DNA of 64,000 nucleotides from Octopus vulgaris (lineage: Eukaryota), in contig OX597815.1 of NCBI GenBank assembly GCA_951406725.2, positions 27,404,001-27,468,000 of the forward strand. The letters are read 5' to 3'. A program made the translations under genes and the position numbers. Positions within the stretch are counted from its first letter, which is position 1; the number at the start of each line of letters is the position of its first letter. The notes under the pieces are model-generated. The model saw only the letters and a list, made by a program, of their open reading frames with translations. It was not told the origin of the DNA and made no database searches. Positions 27,126 to 39,342 of the stretch are shown one piece after another.

Positions 27126-27353
27126 ATGTATGTATGTATGTATGTATGTATGTATGTGTATATGTTTGTGTGTCTGTGTTAGTCCCCCCCCCCAACATCG
27201 CTTGACAACTGATGCTGGTGTGTTTACGTCCCCGTAACTTAGCAGTTCGGCAAAAGGGACCAATAGAATAAGTACTCGGCTTACAAAGAATAAGTCCTGG
27301 GGCCGATTTGCTCCAGCATGGCCACAGTCAAATGACTGAAACAAGTAAAAGAG
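26906..27353 (+). mobile_element. SINE family A
   Basis: Head, core and tail as in 4960-5410, with a small internal deletion. Confidence 0.92.
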
Positions 27354-27591
27354 ATCGCAATGACTGATAATAGCCTCCTGTATGATAGACACTAATACTA
27401 CGACCAATTGACCAAGTACCCATGCATTTAATCAATGTCCATCCTGCTAATATTTCGGTGGTCTCTCTTTCTTTATAAATAGCTGACTATCAGTTTTACG
27501 CAATTATATCCATAATCATGATTTTCTTCGCGAAAACCACTCACCAATAAAAATTAAAACTCGACACTAACAGAACTAAGCTTACACACCT

Positions 27592-27636
<45 letters not shown>

Positions 27637-27736
27637 TATCTATCTGTTAATTTACTTCCTCTTCTTTCTCTCTCTCTCCCTCTCTCTCTCTATCGATCTC
27701 TCCGGAGAAAGTGAGAGCTTAAAACATATATATACA

Positions 27737-28552
27737 TTGGTTTCAAATTTTGGCAGAAAGTCAGGAATTTCGGGGAAGGAATTAAGTCGATTACATTCAT
27801 CCGATTGTTCAAGTGGTGTTTATTTTATCGACTGCGAAAGAACGAAAGGCAAAGTTAACCTCGACGGAATTTGAACTCAGAACGTGAAGTCGGACGGTAT
27901 GCCATTGAGGATTTTGCTCGGCGCGATAACAATTCTGCTAGCTCGCCTCCTTAATAGTTATGATAAATATTGATTTCAAATTTTGACTCAAGACCAGCAA
28001 TTTCGGGAGGAAGGATAAGTCGATTACACCGACCCCAGTGCTTGACTGGTACTTATTTAATCGACCCCCGAAACAATGAAAGCAAAGTCAACCTCGACGG
28101 ATTTTGAACTCAGAACGTAACGGCAGACGAAATACCTATTTCTTTACTACCCACAAGGGGCTAAACACAGAGAGGACAAACAAGGACACACAAATGAATT
28201 AAGTCGATTATATCGACTCCAGTGCGTAACTGGTACTTAATTTATCGACCCCAAAAGAATGAAAGGCAAAGTCGACCTCGGCGGAATTTGAACTCAGAAC
28301 GTAGCAGCAGACAAAATACCTATTTCTTTATTACCCACAAGGGGCTAAACACAGAGAGGACAAACAAGGACAGACAAACGGATTAAGTCGATTATATCGA
28401 CTCCAGTGCGTAACTGGTACTTAATTTATCGACCCCGAAAGAATGAAAGGCAAAGTCGACCTCGGCGGAATTTGAACTCAGAACGTAGCGGCAGACGAAA
28501 TACCGCTAGGCATTTTGCCCAGCATGCTAAGGGTTCTGTCAGCTTGTCGACC
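27737..28552 (-). mobile_element. Cluster of four SINE family B units
   Basis: Repeated gaaaggcaaagtcgacctcggcggaatttgaactcagaacg; units joined at gacgaaatacc|tatttc. Confidence 0.9.
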
Positions 28553-28700
28553 TAAAATATACATACATATTGACAAAAAAGAAACACTATGAGTAGAGAC
28601 ATTTTCTTTCTCACTTAAGACGGCAAAACACTTCTCACATTGGCACAAGGTCTCTGGGTTAGAATAATTTATAATCATTTCAAGAAAAACTTGCTACTTA

Positions 28701-28850
28701 CCGTATTTGATGGCTTATAAGATGACCCTCATTTTTGACTACTCTTTCTTGAACTACTATTCACTAGTAACCTAAACCCTAATCCCTGGCTAATTTTCTA
28801 GGAAAGTATTTTTCGTTTTTGATGTGCGCCTTCTAAACCATCAGATGCTG
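28701..28850. mobile_element. Degraded pogo/Tc1-like MITE
   Basis: TA|ccgtatttgatggcttataag ... cttctaaaccatcagatgctg|TA, imperfect TIRs. Confidence 0.6.
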
Positions 28851-29056
28851 TAAGTGTTGTAGCTGTCGTTTAGCTCCTCGGGCAAGTCCTAAATGAGCAA
28901 ACCTATGGCCAAAGGTGTTCGAGTTTTAACCATCCCATTGAGGACCACATTACTCAGTGTGCCCATGCTCTTTATAAGACGTACGATGCGGTGTGTTAAA
29001 GATTTGGCTGCTAATCATGATCATGTCTATCAGTTTATCAAAAACACGTCTATTAG

Positions 29057-29366
29057 CTGTGGGATGACGTCAGCAGCTGGACGTCAGCAGCCGGGTGCGT
29101 TGACCGGAAGCTGGGGCAAGCGGAAGGGGTCAGCCGTCAGGCGTGCGCAGGGAGCGGAAATTACGCCCTTTCCAACGTGGGTCGTGCAGGGGACAAGACG
29201 TGTGAGGACGTCGCTAAGGGTCTGGGCTAGCAGCTGCTATCGTTAGTGTTCGGGTCGGGGCTGTGAGGAAGGACTAGTCATCACTGGAGGGTCTCCGTCA
29301 CTAAGAAGAGAAGGTAGGTGCCTCTATATTCAAATCGCGCACTCACTATATTAGCTTAATTTAGAT
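29057..29366. mobile_element. GC-rich orphan insertion with 10-bp TSD
   Basis: CGTCTATTAG at 29047-29056 and 29367-29376; interior is rich in GC and CpG against an AT-rich background. Confidence 0.65.
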
Positions 29367-29670
29367 CGTCTATTAGTTAAATTATCGGAAAGATAGAAAG
29401 ACAAAGTTGACCGCGGCAGGATTTGAACTCAGTACGTAGACGGGTGAAAACCGAGTATTATTCTTAGTGTTTAGTACGGTGCTTGCTACCCGCTCCATTT
29501 CCTCAGCTTCTTCGCAGGATGGAAGCATAAATAGACTCAATTATTTAAAAGGATTCATATCTGTATTTTCGGCGGAAAGGGAAACGAAACTTTAGACTTT
29601 GCTTCATTCACAGCCTCCTTTATTAATTCCAAACGTTCCGTTTTGCATGTTTTGTTAATGGCCATAGAGA

Positions 29671-29687
29671 TCACCACCACCACCACC

Positions 29688-29719
<32 letters not shown>

Positions 29720-29858
29720 TATCATCACTATCATCATCATTATCATCATCATCATCACCAACATCAACAGCATCAGCGTCATCATCATCATTTGAAAAAA
29801 GAACGTTCGACTTCCGATGATTTCAGCAGTCACCTGGTGCCAATTAGGATATCGGAAA

Positions 29859-29907
<49 letters not shown>

Positions 29908-29950
29908 TGTGTGTGTTTAGAGTGATAAATAGAGAGAGGGAAAGGCGAGG

Positions 29951-30047
<97 letters not shown>

Positions 30048-30058
30048 TACATACATAC
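29671..30058. repeat. (CAC)(CAT)n, (TG)n, (CA)n and (TA)n microsatellites
   Basis: Direct reading. Confidence 0.9.
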
Positions 30059-30277
30059 GTGCTCCAGACAAAGATATTTAGTTTCCAACCAAAGGAAGTA
30101 AGGAGAAAGCAGATAAATTGAGTTTTCATTATCTTATGTATTGAAACGTAGTGAATTCCTTGGGGATGTTAATGAGGCCTAGATAAGTAAGTTTGAGCCG
30201 TAAAAAGTAGGTTCAGTTTCTATTTATATCAGAGCATTCATCTCTCTCTTTATACACACACTCACACACATACATAC

Positions 30278-30353
<76 letters not shown>

Positions 30354-30365
30354 GTGTGTGCGTGT

Positions 30366-30652
30366 GAGGCGCAATGGCCCAGTGGTTAGGGCAGCGGACT
30401 CGCGGTCGTAGGATCGCGGTTTCGACTCCCAGACCGGGCGTTGTGAGTGTTTATTGAGCGAAAGCACCTAAAGCTCCACGCGGCTCCGGTAGAGGCTGGT
30501 GGCGATCCTTGCTGTATTCTTTCGTCACAACTTTCTGTCACTCTTTCTTCTGTTGGCCTGCTCGCTTAGCCAGCGGGGTGGCGTCATTCGAAGGCTAAAA
30601 CAATGCGAAGCGCATTGTGACCAGCGATGATCTGATAGCCTGGTCGGTCACG

Positions 30653-30655
<3 letters not shown>
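30366..30655 (+). mobile_element. SINE family C (OR1-like), tail type 1
   Basis: Head gaggcgcaatggcccagtggttagggc, B-box ggtttcgactccc; tail matches 44895-45030 in reverse complement. Confidence 0.92.
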
Positions 30656-30711
<56 letters not shown>

Positions 30712-30716
<5 letters not shown>

Positions 30717-31159
30717 GAATGAATTATCTTACTATTGATAATTCAGTTAATCGATACCTGGGTAGCAAATTCACGTCAGAAAACACGGTTGAAGCTACAT
30801 GCCAAGGGTAGAAACCCCGTGTTCTTGTGTGGTAATTTGTGTATTATTTAAAATGAATAAAGGAATGGAGTCGAACGAAGATTTTAACACAATTCCTTTA
30901 CTTTCAACACATGTTTCGAAGACTGCATATTCTTAATCCCGAAGGAATAAAGTGTGCATTATGCCGTCTTCTCATCAGGAAAAACATTATGTAGCAAGCT
31001 ATAGAAAAGTTTTTGTCCATCTTGAGGCTGATTGATTTTCCTTGTCTTTCCTGATAAGACACTTTATTCCTTCGGAATTAAGAATATGCAGTCTTCGAAA
31101 CATGTGTTGAAAGTAAAGGAATTGTGTTAAAATCTTCGTTCGACTCCATTCTTTTATTC

Positions 31160-31162
<3 letters not shown>
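30712..31162. mobile_element. Inverted pair of Penelope-like pseudo-LTRs inside a (TA)n tract
   Basis: About 30852-30955 is the reverse complement of 31059-31162; (TA)n lies on both sides; both arms contain the hammerhead region. Confidence 0.8.
30901..30983 (-). ncRNA. Type I hammerhead ribozyme with extended stem II
   Basis: Minus strand: tttc-CTGATGA-GAAGAC gGCATA...tcc TTCG gga...TATGCa GTCTTC-GAAA-C atgt G-TT-gaaa. Core canonical, three stems pair, cleavage triplet GUU. Confidence 0.8.
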
Positions 31163-31212
<50 letters not shown>

Positions 31213-31612
31213 ATCTATCATTCTACATATTTTATATGTGTGTACATGTGTGCGCGCATGCGTGGTTATATTCAAGAAAATTTCATCTTCATGCATGACT
31301 TATCGAAAAGTAAAACTATTGATTAAATCCCTCTACGCTGCAAGATCTTCGTCCTACGAATATTTTTGCTTCAGAAAAAGGCCAGACACAGACACAGATA
31401 AATATCAATTTGTCTAAATTATATTGAGATATATCAAAGTACCTCTCGCGTTACGGAAGCGTTGCGTTATTGAAACTTTTATATGAAACTCCGTAAAACG
31501 TTTTTTCCTGTTGATTTCCTTTCGGTTTTCTTTCAAGTGACATGAAAGTCAATAGGAAAATAGATTTCAGCAACATAAGGCTTCTATAAAGCAGTGTTTA
31601 TGTGTGTGAAGT

Positions 31613-31915
31613 GGAGGCGCAATGGCCCAGTGGTTAGGGCAGTGGACTCGCGGTCGGAGGATCGCGGTTTCGATTCCCAGACCGGGCGTTGTGTGTGTGT
31701 TTATTGAGCGAAAACACCTAAATGCTCCACGAGGCTCCGGCAGGGGGTGGTGGTGACCCCTGTTGTACTCTTTCGCCACAACTTTCTTTCACTCTCTTTT
31801 CCTGTTTCTTGAGTAACGCTGCGATGAACTGACGTCCCGTCCAGCTGGGGGGAACACATACGCCACAGAAACCGGGAAACCGGGCCCATGATCCTGGCTA
31901 GGCTTGAAAAGGGCG
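31613..31915 (+). mobile_element. SINE family C, tail type 2
   Basis: Same head as 30366 with a different 3' half. Confidence 0.92.
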
Positions 31916-32059
31916 ACGTACGTATGTGTGTGAAATAGAGAGAGAGGAGAGAGGAAGAGAAATAGAAAAATTTGACATTTTTGTATATCTGCTGTGTAGA
32001 TTTACAAATATACCTTGATACTGCGTGGACTGAGCTCCCCGTTGACAGGAATCTGATAC

Positions 32060-32262
32060 TGGTTTTGAATTTTGACACTAGGCCAGCAATTTTGCGGGAG
32101 GAAATAAGTCGATTACATCGACCCTAGTTCTCAACTGGTACTTATTTCATCGATCCCGGAAAGAATGAAAGGCAAAAATCGACCACGGCGGAATTTGAAC
32201 TCGGAAGGTAAAGACCGACAAAATGTCGCTAAGCATTTTACCTGACGTGCCAGCTTATCACC
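32060..32262 (-). mobile_element. Degraded SINE family B
   Basis: aagtcgattacatcgacc...gaaaggcaaaaatcgaccacggcggaatttgaactc. Confidence 0.8.
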
Positions 32263-32464
32263 TTACAGGCCTCTGGCATTAAATAAGTTAAAAACTTCTT
32301 TTATGTAAGTTACTAACCATAATTCTCTGTAAAACCCTCACAAAGGCGTAGGAGTGGCTGTGTGATAAGTAGCTTGCTTACAAACCACATGGTTCCGGGT
32401 TCAGTCCCACTGCGTGACACCTTGGGCAAGTGTCTTCTACCATAGAACCCTCACCTCACAACCG

Positions 32465-32990
32465 CTCAGTATCATCAAAGACCTCTCCCGACGAAAACTA
32501 TCATAGCTGAGACCGCGTACCTAAAACTGAAACTTCTCTTCAGGACTAGAAAATAAATAATCGCCCCCCAACAATTGTTAACACTTTACAAAGCTAAATT
32601 AAAACTCACAATGCAGTATTGCTCCTATATATGGGGCAGTGCTGCTGTTAACACAGACCGGATTTAGAAACAAATTCTGACTGGCATAAAATCAATCAGA
32701 TACATTCCGACCTCTGGTTAACGAGTATACTATCTCCCCCCCCTCTCTCTCTCTCTCTCTTCTGCCACTACTATAATGACCTCAGTTCCTCGGAGTTTGC
32801 TCCCAACTCACTTATCTCTCATCTTCTCATCGCCTTTGTTTTGTCCGCCTCTAGGCTCCTCACTAACTATCACCCAGTACATCGATCAGCCTTCTGGAAT
32901 CTCCTCCCTGCTCATGTCTTTCTTGCTGGTGTCGACTTCCAAGAGTTTAGACGAAAGATTAACGACACCGAATTCAAAGAGCTTGCAAAG
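32465..32990 (+). mobile_element. Degraded CR1/Jockey-group LINE 3' fragment
   Basis: PQQLLTLYKAKLKLTMQYCSYIWGSAA and AFWNLLPAHVF..DFQEFRRKIN; preceded by a SINE A head at 32345-32443. Confidence 0.7.
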
Positions 32991-33437
32991 GCCACGGACA
33001 TTGCTCTTTCCTTCACACCCAGCAAATATAAAAAAGAGATTCCAAGAAATTAATGATTTTCGTAACGAACTGACAGCCATAAATCAGGATAAGCGTTTAG
33101 TTGTTCTATTAACACTACAAATAATATTCTGCAACTATGAACTTCTTTCTACTTTAGCAGAACTTAGTGAAATTGTGCTCATAATTACTTTAGCTTTTCC
33201 TATTATTGCTGCGGTAAGATATTTCAGTTCACTGTTAATTTCTAAATATATAGTCACGAAAGTCGTTTAAATCAAATTAAAATTTAGGAATTTTATTTAA
33301 ATTGCGACACTTTTACTTCTCCAAGTTTCTCAGAAACTTCTTCAATGTTTCATGAAGTAGGCTCCATAGCATCTAAATAACTCAGCAATTTTAGGTGTTT
33401 TCATACAAGAACCTAAATCATTGTTTGTTTGTTTACA

Positions 33438-33808
33438 TCTCTCTATATATAAACGGCAGTTTGTCTGTGTGTGTGTCTGTGTGTCTGTTAGGTTGTACCC
33501 TCACCCTGACCACAGCTTTCAACCGATTCTGATGAAACTTGACACACACATAGCCCAATGTCATAATTCAAAACTAACGCAGCTAAAATTTTGAAAAGTT
33601 CCCCCAGTTCTGAAAAAAAAATCGATAAATTCGACATGGGGTCGAGAATCAGAAACACAAACCACAGACTGTCTAGGGGACGCAACTCGACCTTTTTAAC
33701 TAAAAAAAATTTACCATCATTTTTTTCCCCATTTTTTGGCTATAACTCTAAAAATGCTTTATAGTTATTTCCCTTACAAACCCGAGCAACGCCGGGCGAA
33801 ACTGCTAG
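33438..33808 (+). mobile_element. Non-autonomous Helitron
   Basis: A|TCtctctatatataaa ... cccgagcaacgccgggcgaaactgCTAG|T. Confidence 0.92.
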
Positions 33809-33837
33809 TATATATATATAATCTTAGTAGTTATTTA

Positions 33838-33914
33838 GCTGGCGGACTTTGGCTGATGAGAAATCACACGCCAAGGTGGCGCTAAATTTCGAAACCGGTA
33901 CCGAGTTGACCAGC
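33838..33914 (+). ncRNA. Type I hammerhead ribozyme
   Basis: ttgg-CTGATGA-GAAAT..CGCCA agg TGGCG..ATTTC-GAAA-C cg G-TA-ccga; distal stem I gctgg/ccagc; GUA site at 33898-33900. Confidence 0.82.
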
Positions 33915-34397
33915 ATTTACTTGTTCTGACCCATTATTGTTCACTGATAGTTTTTCCTATCTTGTCTGTAATAGATTTGTGACTATTCGGTGGTACAGAA
34001 GTATTTTTTGACTTCTATCATTAGCGATATTGGTATTCATGTAGTACCCTTGTGTATATATGTACATATCTAATATTGTATGTATATATTTTATTAATTT
34101 GCCTGAACGGCTGATAATTCGCTTACCACTTGTGAATAATACCATCCCTATATTTATATAGGAATAGGTATGTATTTCTAGCATCTCTATATCTAACTAA
34201 CCCAGAAACGCGTTCTCAAGTAATCGATTTTCGAGTGATCTTTCGTTATTTTTCTCTCTATGCCTACGTGAATTGTTTTTGATTATACATTGTCTGGGAA
34301 ACTCTTCTTATAGTAGGAGAAATAGCTAAATTCTTTGGCTGCTATTTCTAAAAGTTCGGTGTGTGGTAAAGTAATTTTTTTTTTTTTTGCTGAACCC

Positions 34398-34401
<4 letters not shown>

Positions 34402-34467
<66 letters not shown>

Positions 34468-34479
34468 TATGTATGTATG

Positions 34480-34511
<32 letters not shown>

Positions 34512-34540
34512 TGTATGTATGTATGTATGTATGTATGTAT
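34402..34540. repeat. (TA)n plus (TATG)n
   Basis: Direct reading. Confidence 0.95.
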
Positions 34541-34566
34541 TGTGTGTGTAATGTAGCCTTTTCTTG

Positions 34567-34862
34567 AAGGCGTGTGGCTTAGTGGTTATGGTATTCGGTT
34601 CACGATTGTAAAGTCGTTGAGTTCAATTATCTGCGACGCGTTGTGTCCTTGAGCAAGACACTTTATTTTACGTTGTTCCAGTCCACTCAGCTGGCAAAAA
34701 TGAGTAGTACCTGTATTTCAAAGGGCCAACCTTGTCACACTCTGTGTCACACTGAATCTCATGTGTCTGTGGAAAGCTCAGCCACATGCACGTTAATTTC
34801 ACGAGCAGGCTGTTCCGTTGATCGGATCAACTGGAACCCTCGTCGTCATAATCGACGGAGTG
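34567..34862 (+). mobile_element. SINE family D (OR2-like)
   Basis: gaaggcgtgtggcttagtggtta head, cttgagcaagacac core, tail type 3. Confidence 0.85.
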
Positions 34863-35643
34863 ACAGTACTAATCTTTAGTTAATAATTTTGCCTCCACAT
34901 TATCAATTATACACTCTATCTATTTTTCTCAAACCCTTCGTTTTCTATGCAATTCAAAGCATTATTTAGCTAGTTCATTTATTTCCTTTTTCTGCATACT
35001 ATTACTATATTTTTAATAGTATAAAAAAATCAACGATACACTTCATGAGTTTTTCTAGCTTTGTGACACTCAATGTCTTCATTGCAACGCATTTGGTAAT
35101 AGTTGATTATTAATACCAAGTCTCTTACAAATTTTTTGTTTTTTAAACATTTTTACTATTTTTAGAGCACTTCTTATCTTGTAAACAAACAAAAAAAGAC
35201 AGAAAAAAAAAACATAAAGAACTGAATAAACGCTCAAAGCCACTTTAGAATTCGAGGCTAATGGAGTCTTATCGTGGACCAAAAAATACAGCCTATTTTG
35301 ATTATTTCTCTATATAGTTCTGCAGCAGTCTTTTCAAGCTGCAGTTAACTTTTATTAGATTGATGGAAAAAGCATAAATCTTGTCAAAAAATATTGAAAT
35401 GACAGATTTTCATCGATTTCGTTTATAGTCTCATCTAAAGGTTGTAATCGATGTCTCGAACAGTACCAAATTATAACGTTTGGGAAATTCTTGAATTAAT
35501 CTTATAGCAGCTCCAGATTTTCCTTCGTGTATTGTACTCGCTCCGCCAGAACAAAAAGAAAATTTAAACAAACATATCTTTAAATACTATGTCAAACTTA
35601 CGTCATTTAATTTTGTTGCAGCATATGATAAAAAATTTCTGCT

Positions 35644-36200
35644 CTTCTTCTTCTTCTCCTTCGTCTTCTTCTTCTTCTTCTTCTTCTTCTTCTTCTTCTT
35701 CTTCTTCTTCTTCTTCTTCTTCTTCTTCTTCTTCTTCTTCTTCTTCTTCTAATCAAGACTCACGCCATTAGCCAAAAGGAATAATCTCTAATTCGAGCCT
35801 ACTCTAAGCTACTAAGAATGCACCCACCACACGCGATAGACTGGCGGTAGACAAGCTACGTTGTTATCCTCATTCCATAAACGGTGGCTTTTAACGAGTG
35901 GAGAGCGGAACCACCCTGGGGTACAGAGGATTCGCAATCTAGACTAGGGTCTGAATGTTTAGCACACCATAGTGGGTTACACCATGGTTCCTCCGCTTTG
36001 TGGCAGAAGTAGGAAGAAAGAGTGAGAGAAAGTTGTGGTGAAAGAATACAGCGGGATTCACCCCACCCCACCCCCGCCGGAGCCTCGTGGAGCTTAGGTG
36101 TTTTTGCTCAATATGCATTCACAATGCCCCGGTCTGGGAATCGAAACAGCGTTCTTACGACCGCGAGTCCGCTACCCTAACCACTGGGCCATTGCGCCTC
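35644..36200 (-). mobile_element. SINE family C with tail type 4 and a (GAA)n terminus
   Basis: Family C head at about 36010-36200 (minus), about 250 bp of unique sequence, then (TTC)n at 35644-35750. Confidence 0.7.
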
Positions 36201-36339
36201 CAGTCTGCTGTTGTTGCTTCTAATTCTACCAATCACGAAACATTGCTGGTAAACAATAATCTATTTCGAATTACAAACGCAGTTGTCTTTGAAACTAATG
36301 AAGCATTATCATTAATACCTTTCATTATTTCCTTCTTTC

Positions 36340-36724
36340 AATCACTGGACTGCAGTCATGCTGTGAGTACCGTCTTGAAGGATTTAGCTAAACAAATCAG
36401 TTCCATTATTTTTTAAAGCCTGGTACTTATTCTAACAGTATCTTTTGACGACCGCTAAGTTGCAGCGATATAAATAAACCAATACCGGTTGTCAAGCGGT
36501 GTAGGAACAAACACAAAGATACTCGCGCGCCTGCACATACACGCCCACATATATGTATTTACACGCAGGAGTGGCCGTGTGATAAGTACTTTATTTACCA
36601 ACCACATGGTACCGGGTTCAGTCCCTTGGCATGGCACCTTGGGTAAATGTCTTCTACTATAGCCTCGGGCTGATCAAAGCCTTGTGAGTGGATTTGGTAG
36701 ACGTAATCTGAAAGAAGACCGTCG

Positions 36725-36790
<66 letters not shown>
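36340..36790. mobile_element. Two oppositely oriented SINE A fragments
   Basis: Minus-strand 3' half at 36340-36560; plus-strand 5' half from about 36563 ending in (TA)n. Confidence 0.75.
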
Positions 36791-36842
36791 TACATACTTG
36801 GAAATGAATGCGTGGAGTTCAATCATACGATAATATAAATAA

Positions 36843-36878
<36 letters not shown>

Positions 36879-37239
36879 TGTATGTATGTATGTATGTATG
36901 TATGTATGTATGTATGTATGAATAGGAGAGGAAAAATTATAATAAGGCAGAATGCTAAATTGAAAGTAAATTTTAATAAAAATGGGTGTATGGAAAATTA
37001 AAAAAGAAAAAATAATAAATCAAACCGGTTTTCATTGCAAAGCAAATTTTCAAGATTTGGAAGGGGAAAAGAAATTTTTTTTAAATTGAGGAAGGGGAAA
37101 AAAGAAATTTACAATGTTTTTTTTTTCAAAAAAAATAATACATATATACAAAAATTAATAAATAAGTATACCAATACATTGTAGAATCTTTATGCTTTTA
37201 GAGTTCAATAATAGTCCTTGGAAAAACTTCTTTTATTCA

Positions 37240-38850
37240 TGAGTGTGGAATCATGTCATAGGCTTTTCTATAATCTATTCATGCTCTTGTTAGATTTTTC
37301 TTTCTAGCTTTTACTTCATTTAGAACTGATTTGTCTATGTATAATAGATCATGCATTCCTCTAGCCTTCTTCCTGCAACCTTTCTGTTCTTCTGGTAGTA
37401 AATTCTGGTTGTCAAGGTGCTCATAAATACTTTCTGAAAATATTCATGTTAGCATCTTCCGCACTAACAAGTGATTGGTTTATAGTTGCTAGTTGTATTA
37501 CCCTTGCTCTTATCTTTCATGGTGAGTATTGTCCTCCCTCTATTCATCCAATCTGGCATTATTTCTCCATTAAGGCAATCTTGAAGTTGTTCCCCCAGCC
37601 TCCCATGTAAACTATTAAATTTCTTTAACCAGTACCCTTGAACTAAATCTGGTCCTGGACCCTTCCAGTTCAGCATTTTCCTTAACATTTTGCTCATTAA
37701 TGCACTAGTTAATCCTAGATCTGGCTGCTTCTCACTCACTATTTCTTCCCTCACTTTCTTTAACCATACTGCATCTCCATTATGATTGACTGGCTTATCC
37801 CAAAATTACTCCAGAACTTTCTAGCTTCTCCTGCATTAGGTTTCTCATCTTCAGTACTTCGTCCTCAACTATTTATTTAGTTATAAAATCTCCTCTGGTC
37901 TGTCTCAAATAATCGATTTTAATGATACTGATCTGTTCTTTTCTGATATATGGAGAGCTTGCCTGCTACTGCTATGATACGCGGTTTCAACTCTTCTATT
38001 ACTGTCCCAAATCCTTTCTCTTTGACTAAGTATCTTTTCTCGAGAGAAGATTTGCATCATGCGCTTCCTAACTTGTTCAGTTTCCAGGTTTCTATTCTAC
38101 TCAGATCTTGTCTTAAAGTCTTTATTTTTGTAGTCTCCTTTTCCACATTTGCTCCTTTTTAATCTTTCCCTGTGAAATATCTAATCTTCTAGTGACTACT
38201 ACCCCTCCTGCATAGATTAGTGAGTTGGTGTCTCCTAGATTTTTAGTATCTATCCTACTGATAACAGAATCTACTTTCCTAGTCATTTCTAGAAGCTTCC
38301 TTCTGATGATGGTTTTTAATACAGGCAATCTTTTTCTTACTTCTTTACTCATTACTTCCTGCAACTCATCTAAAAATCTTCTGATCTACCTCACTTAAAT
38401 CACCTAAGTCGCTAGTGTTAGCTGTCACTTCCTTATTGGTAGCGCTTTTATTATTTTTTTTTCCTTTAGATTCTTCTTTGGTTTGAGCTGCATCTTTTAT
38501 GTTGTTCGTTTTTCCTACTGCCTGGTTTTTCTTTTCCAGCTCTCTTGTGATTTCTTCTACCTCCAATTCTGTCATCCACTTTCTTCTCCTTATAGCATTA
38601 GCTTGAACAACTAATCTCTGCTCAGTCACTTTAAACATATACTTCTCTTGCCAAAGTGTTAACGTCTGTTTTTTATAGCCTCTTCTTTTAGATTCACTTT
38701 CTAAGTGGCACTGCATCACTATCCTGTTTTCTTCGCTGATCCACTTTTTCCTCCTTGCTCTATTATCTGCTGATGTGGTATTAGGATACCAGCTGTGGTT
38801 AGTCTGCATATTTACTGAACAAAGGTCCAGCTTCATTTTCGCTGTTACAA
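37240..38850 (-). mobile_element. R4/Dong-clade LINE, decayed N-terminal region and start of RT
   Basis: RRKKWISEENRIVM..RRGY..TEQRL..; LNWKGPGPDLVQGYWLKKF..PDWMNRGRTILTMKDKSKGN..SNYKPITC; LLPEEQKGCRK. Multiple frameshifts. Confidence 0.9.
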
Positions 38851-39340
38851 CCAGAGTTTCTTCGGAAACTCCTGTCTCTCATAAACTGAGGTAAAGTCAC
38901 GTTCGTCACCATCGTCATCATCACAATTATTTTTCGACATTTCAAGCAACTTTCTATTGCATCATTTGTTGCACCTTCGAGCTGGTGGGGTGGTGTATGC
39001 TGTATCTGTGAGGTGGAGTGTGCTGCATTTGTGGGGTGGGGTAGGGTGGGGGATATTGTATTGTATCAGCATGTTTTGTTATGGGGTTTGGTTTCTGTCT
39101 TCTGTTGTATTAGTTTTTGTATTGTATGTTGTTTGGGCAGCGCAGGTTGTATTCTTCTGTCGGGTATCGGCCTTCTATTGCACATGTTGTGGGCATTGTT
39201 TATTTTGTTAGGTATTTACAGTATGAGTTTATTCTTGTATATTTGGTGGGAGGGGTAACTGTTTGCATAGTAGTATATGTAGAACATAAATCAATTATTT
39301 CATAGTATTTATGATTATCTGTCCACCGTTCTTTCTCTTT

Positions 39341-39342
<2 letters not shown>

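Noticed and set aside
30366-30440. tRNA-like sequences with A and B boxes
   Set aside because: These are SINE heads continuing into SINE bodies, not tRNA genes.
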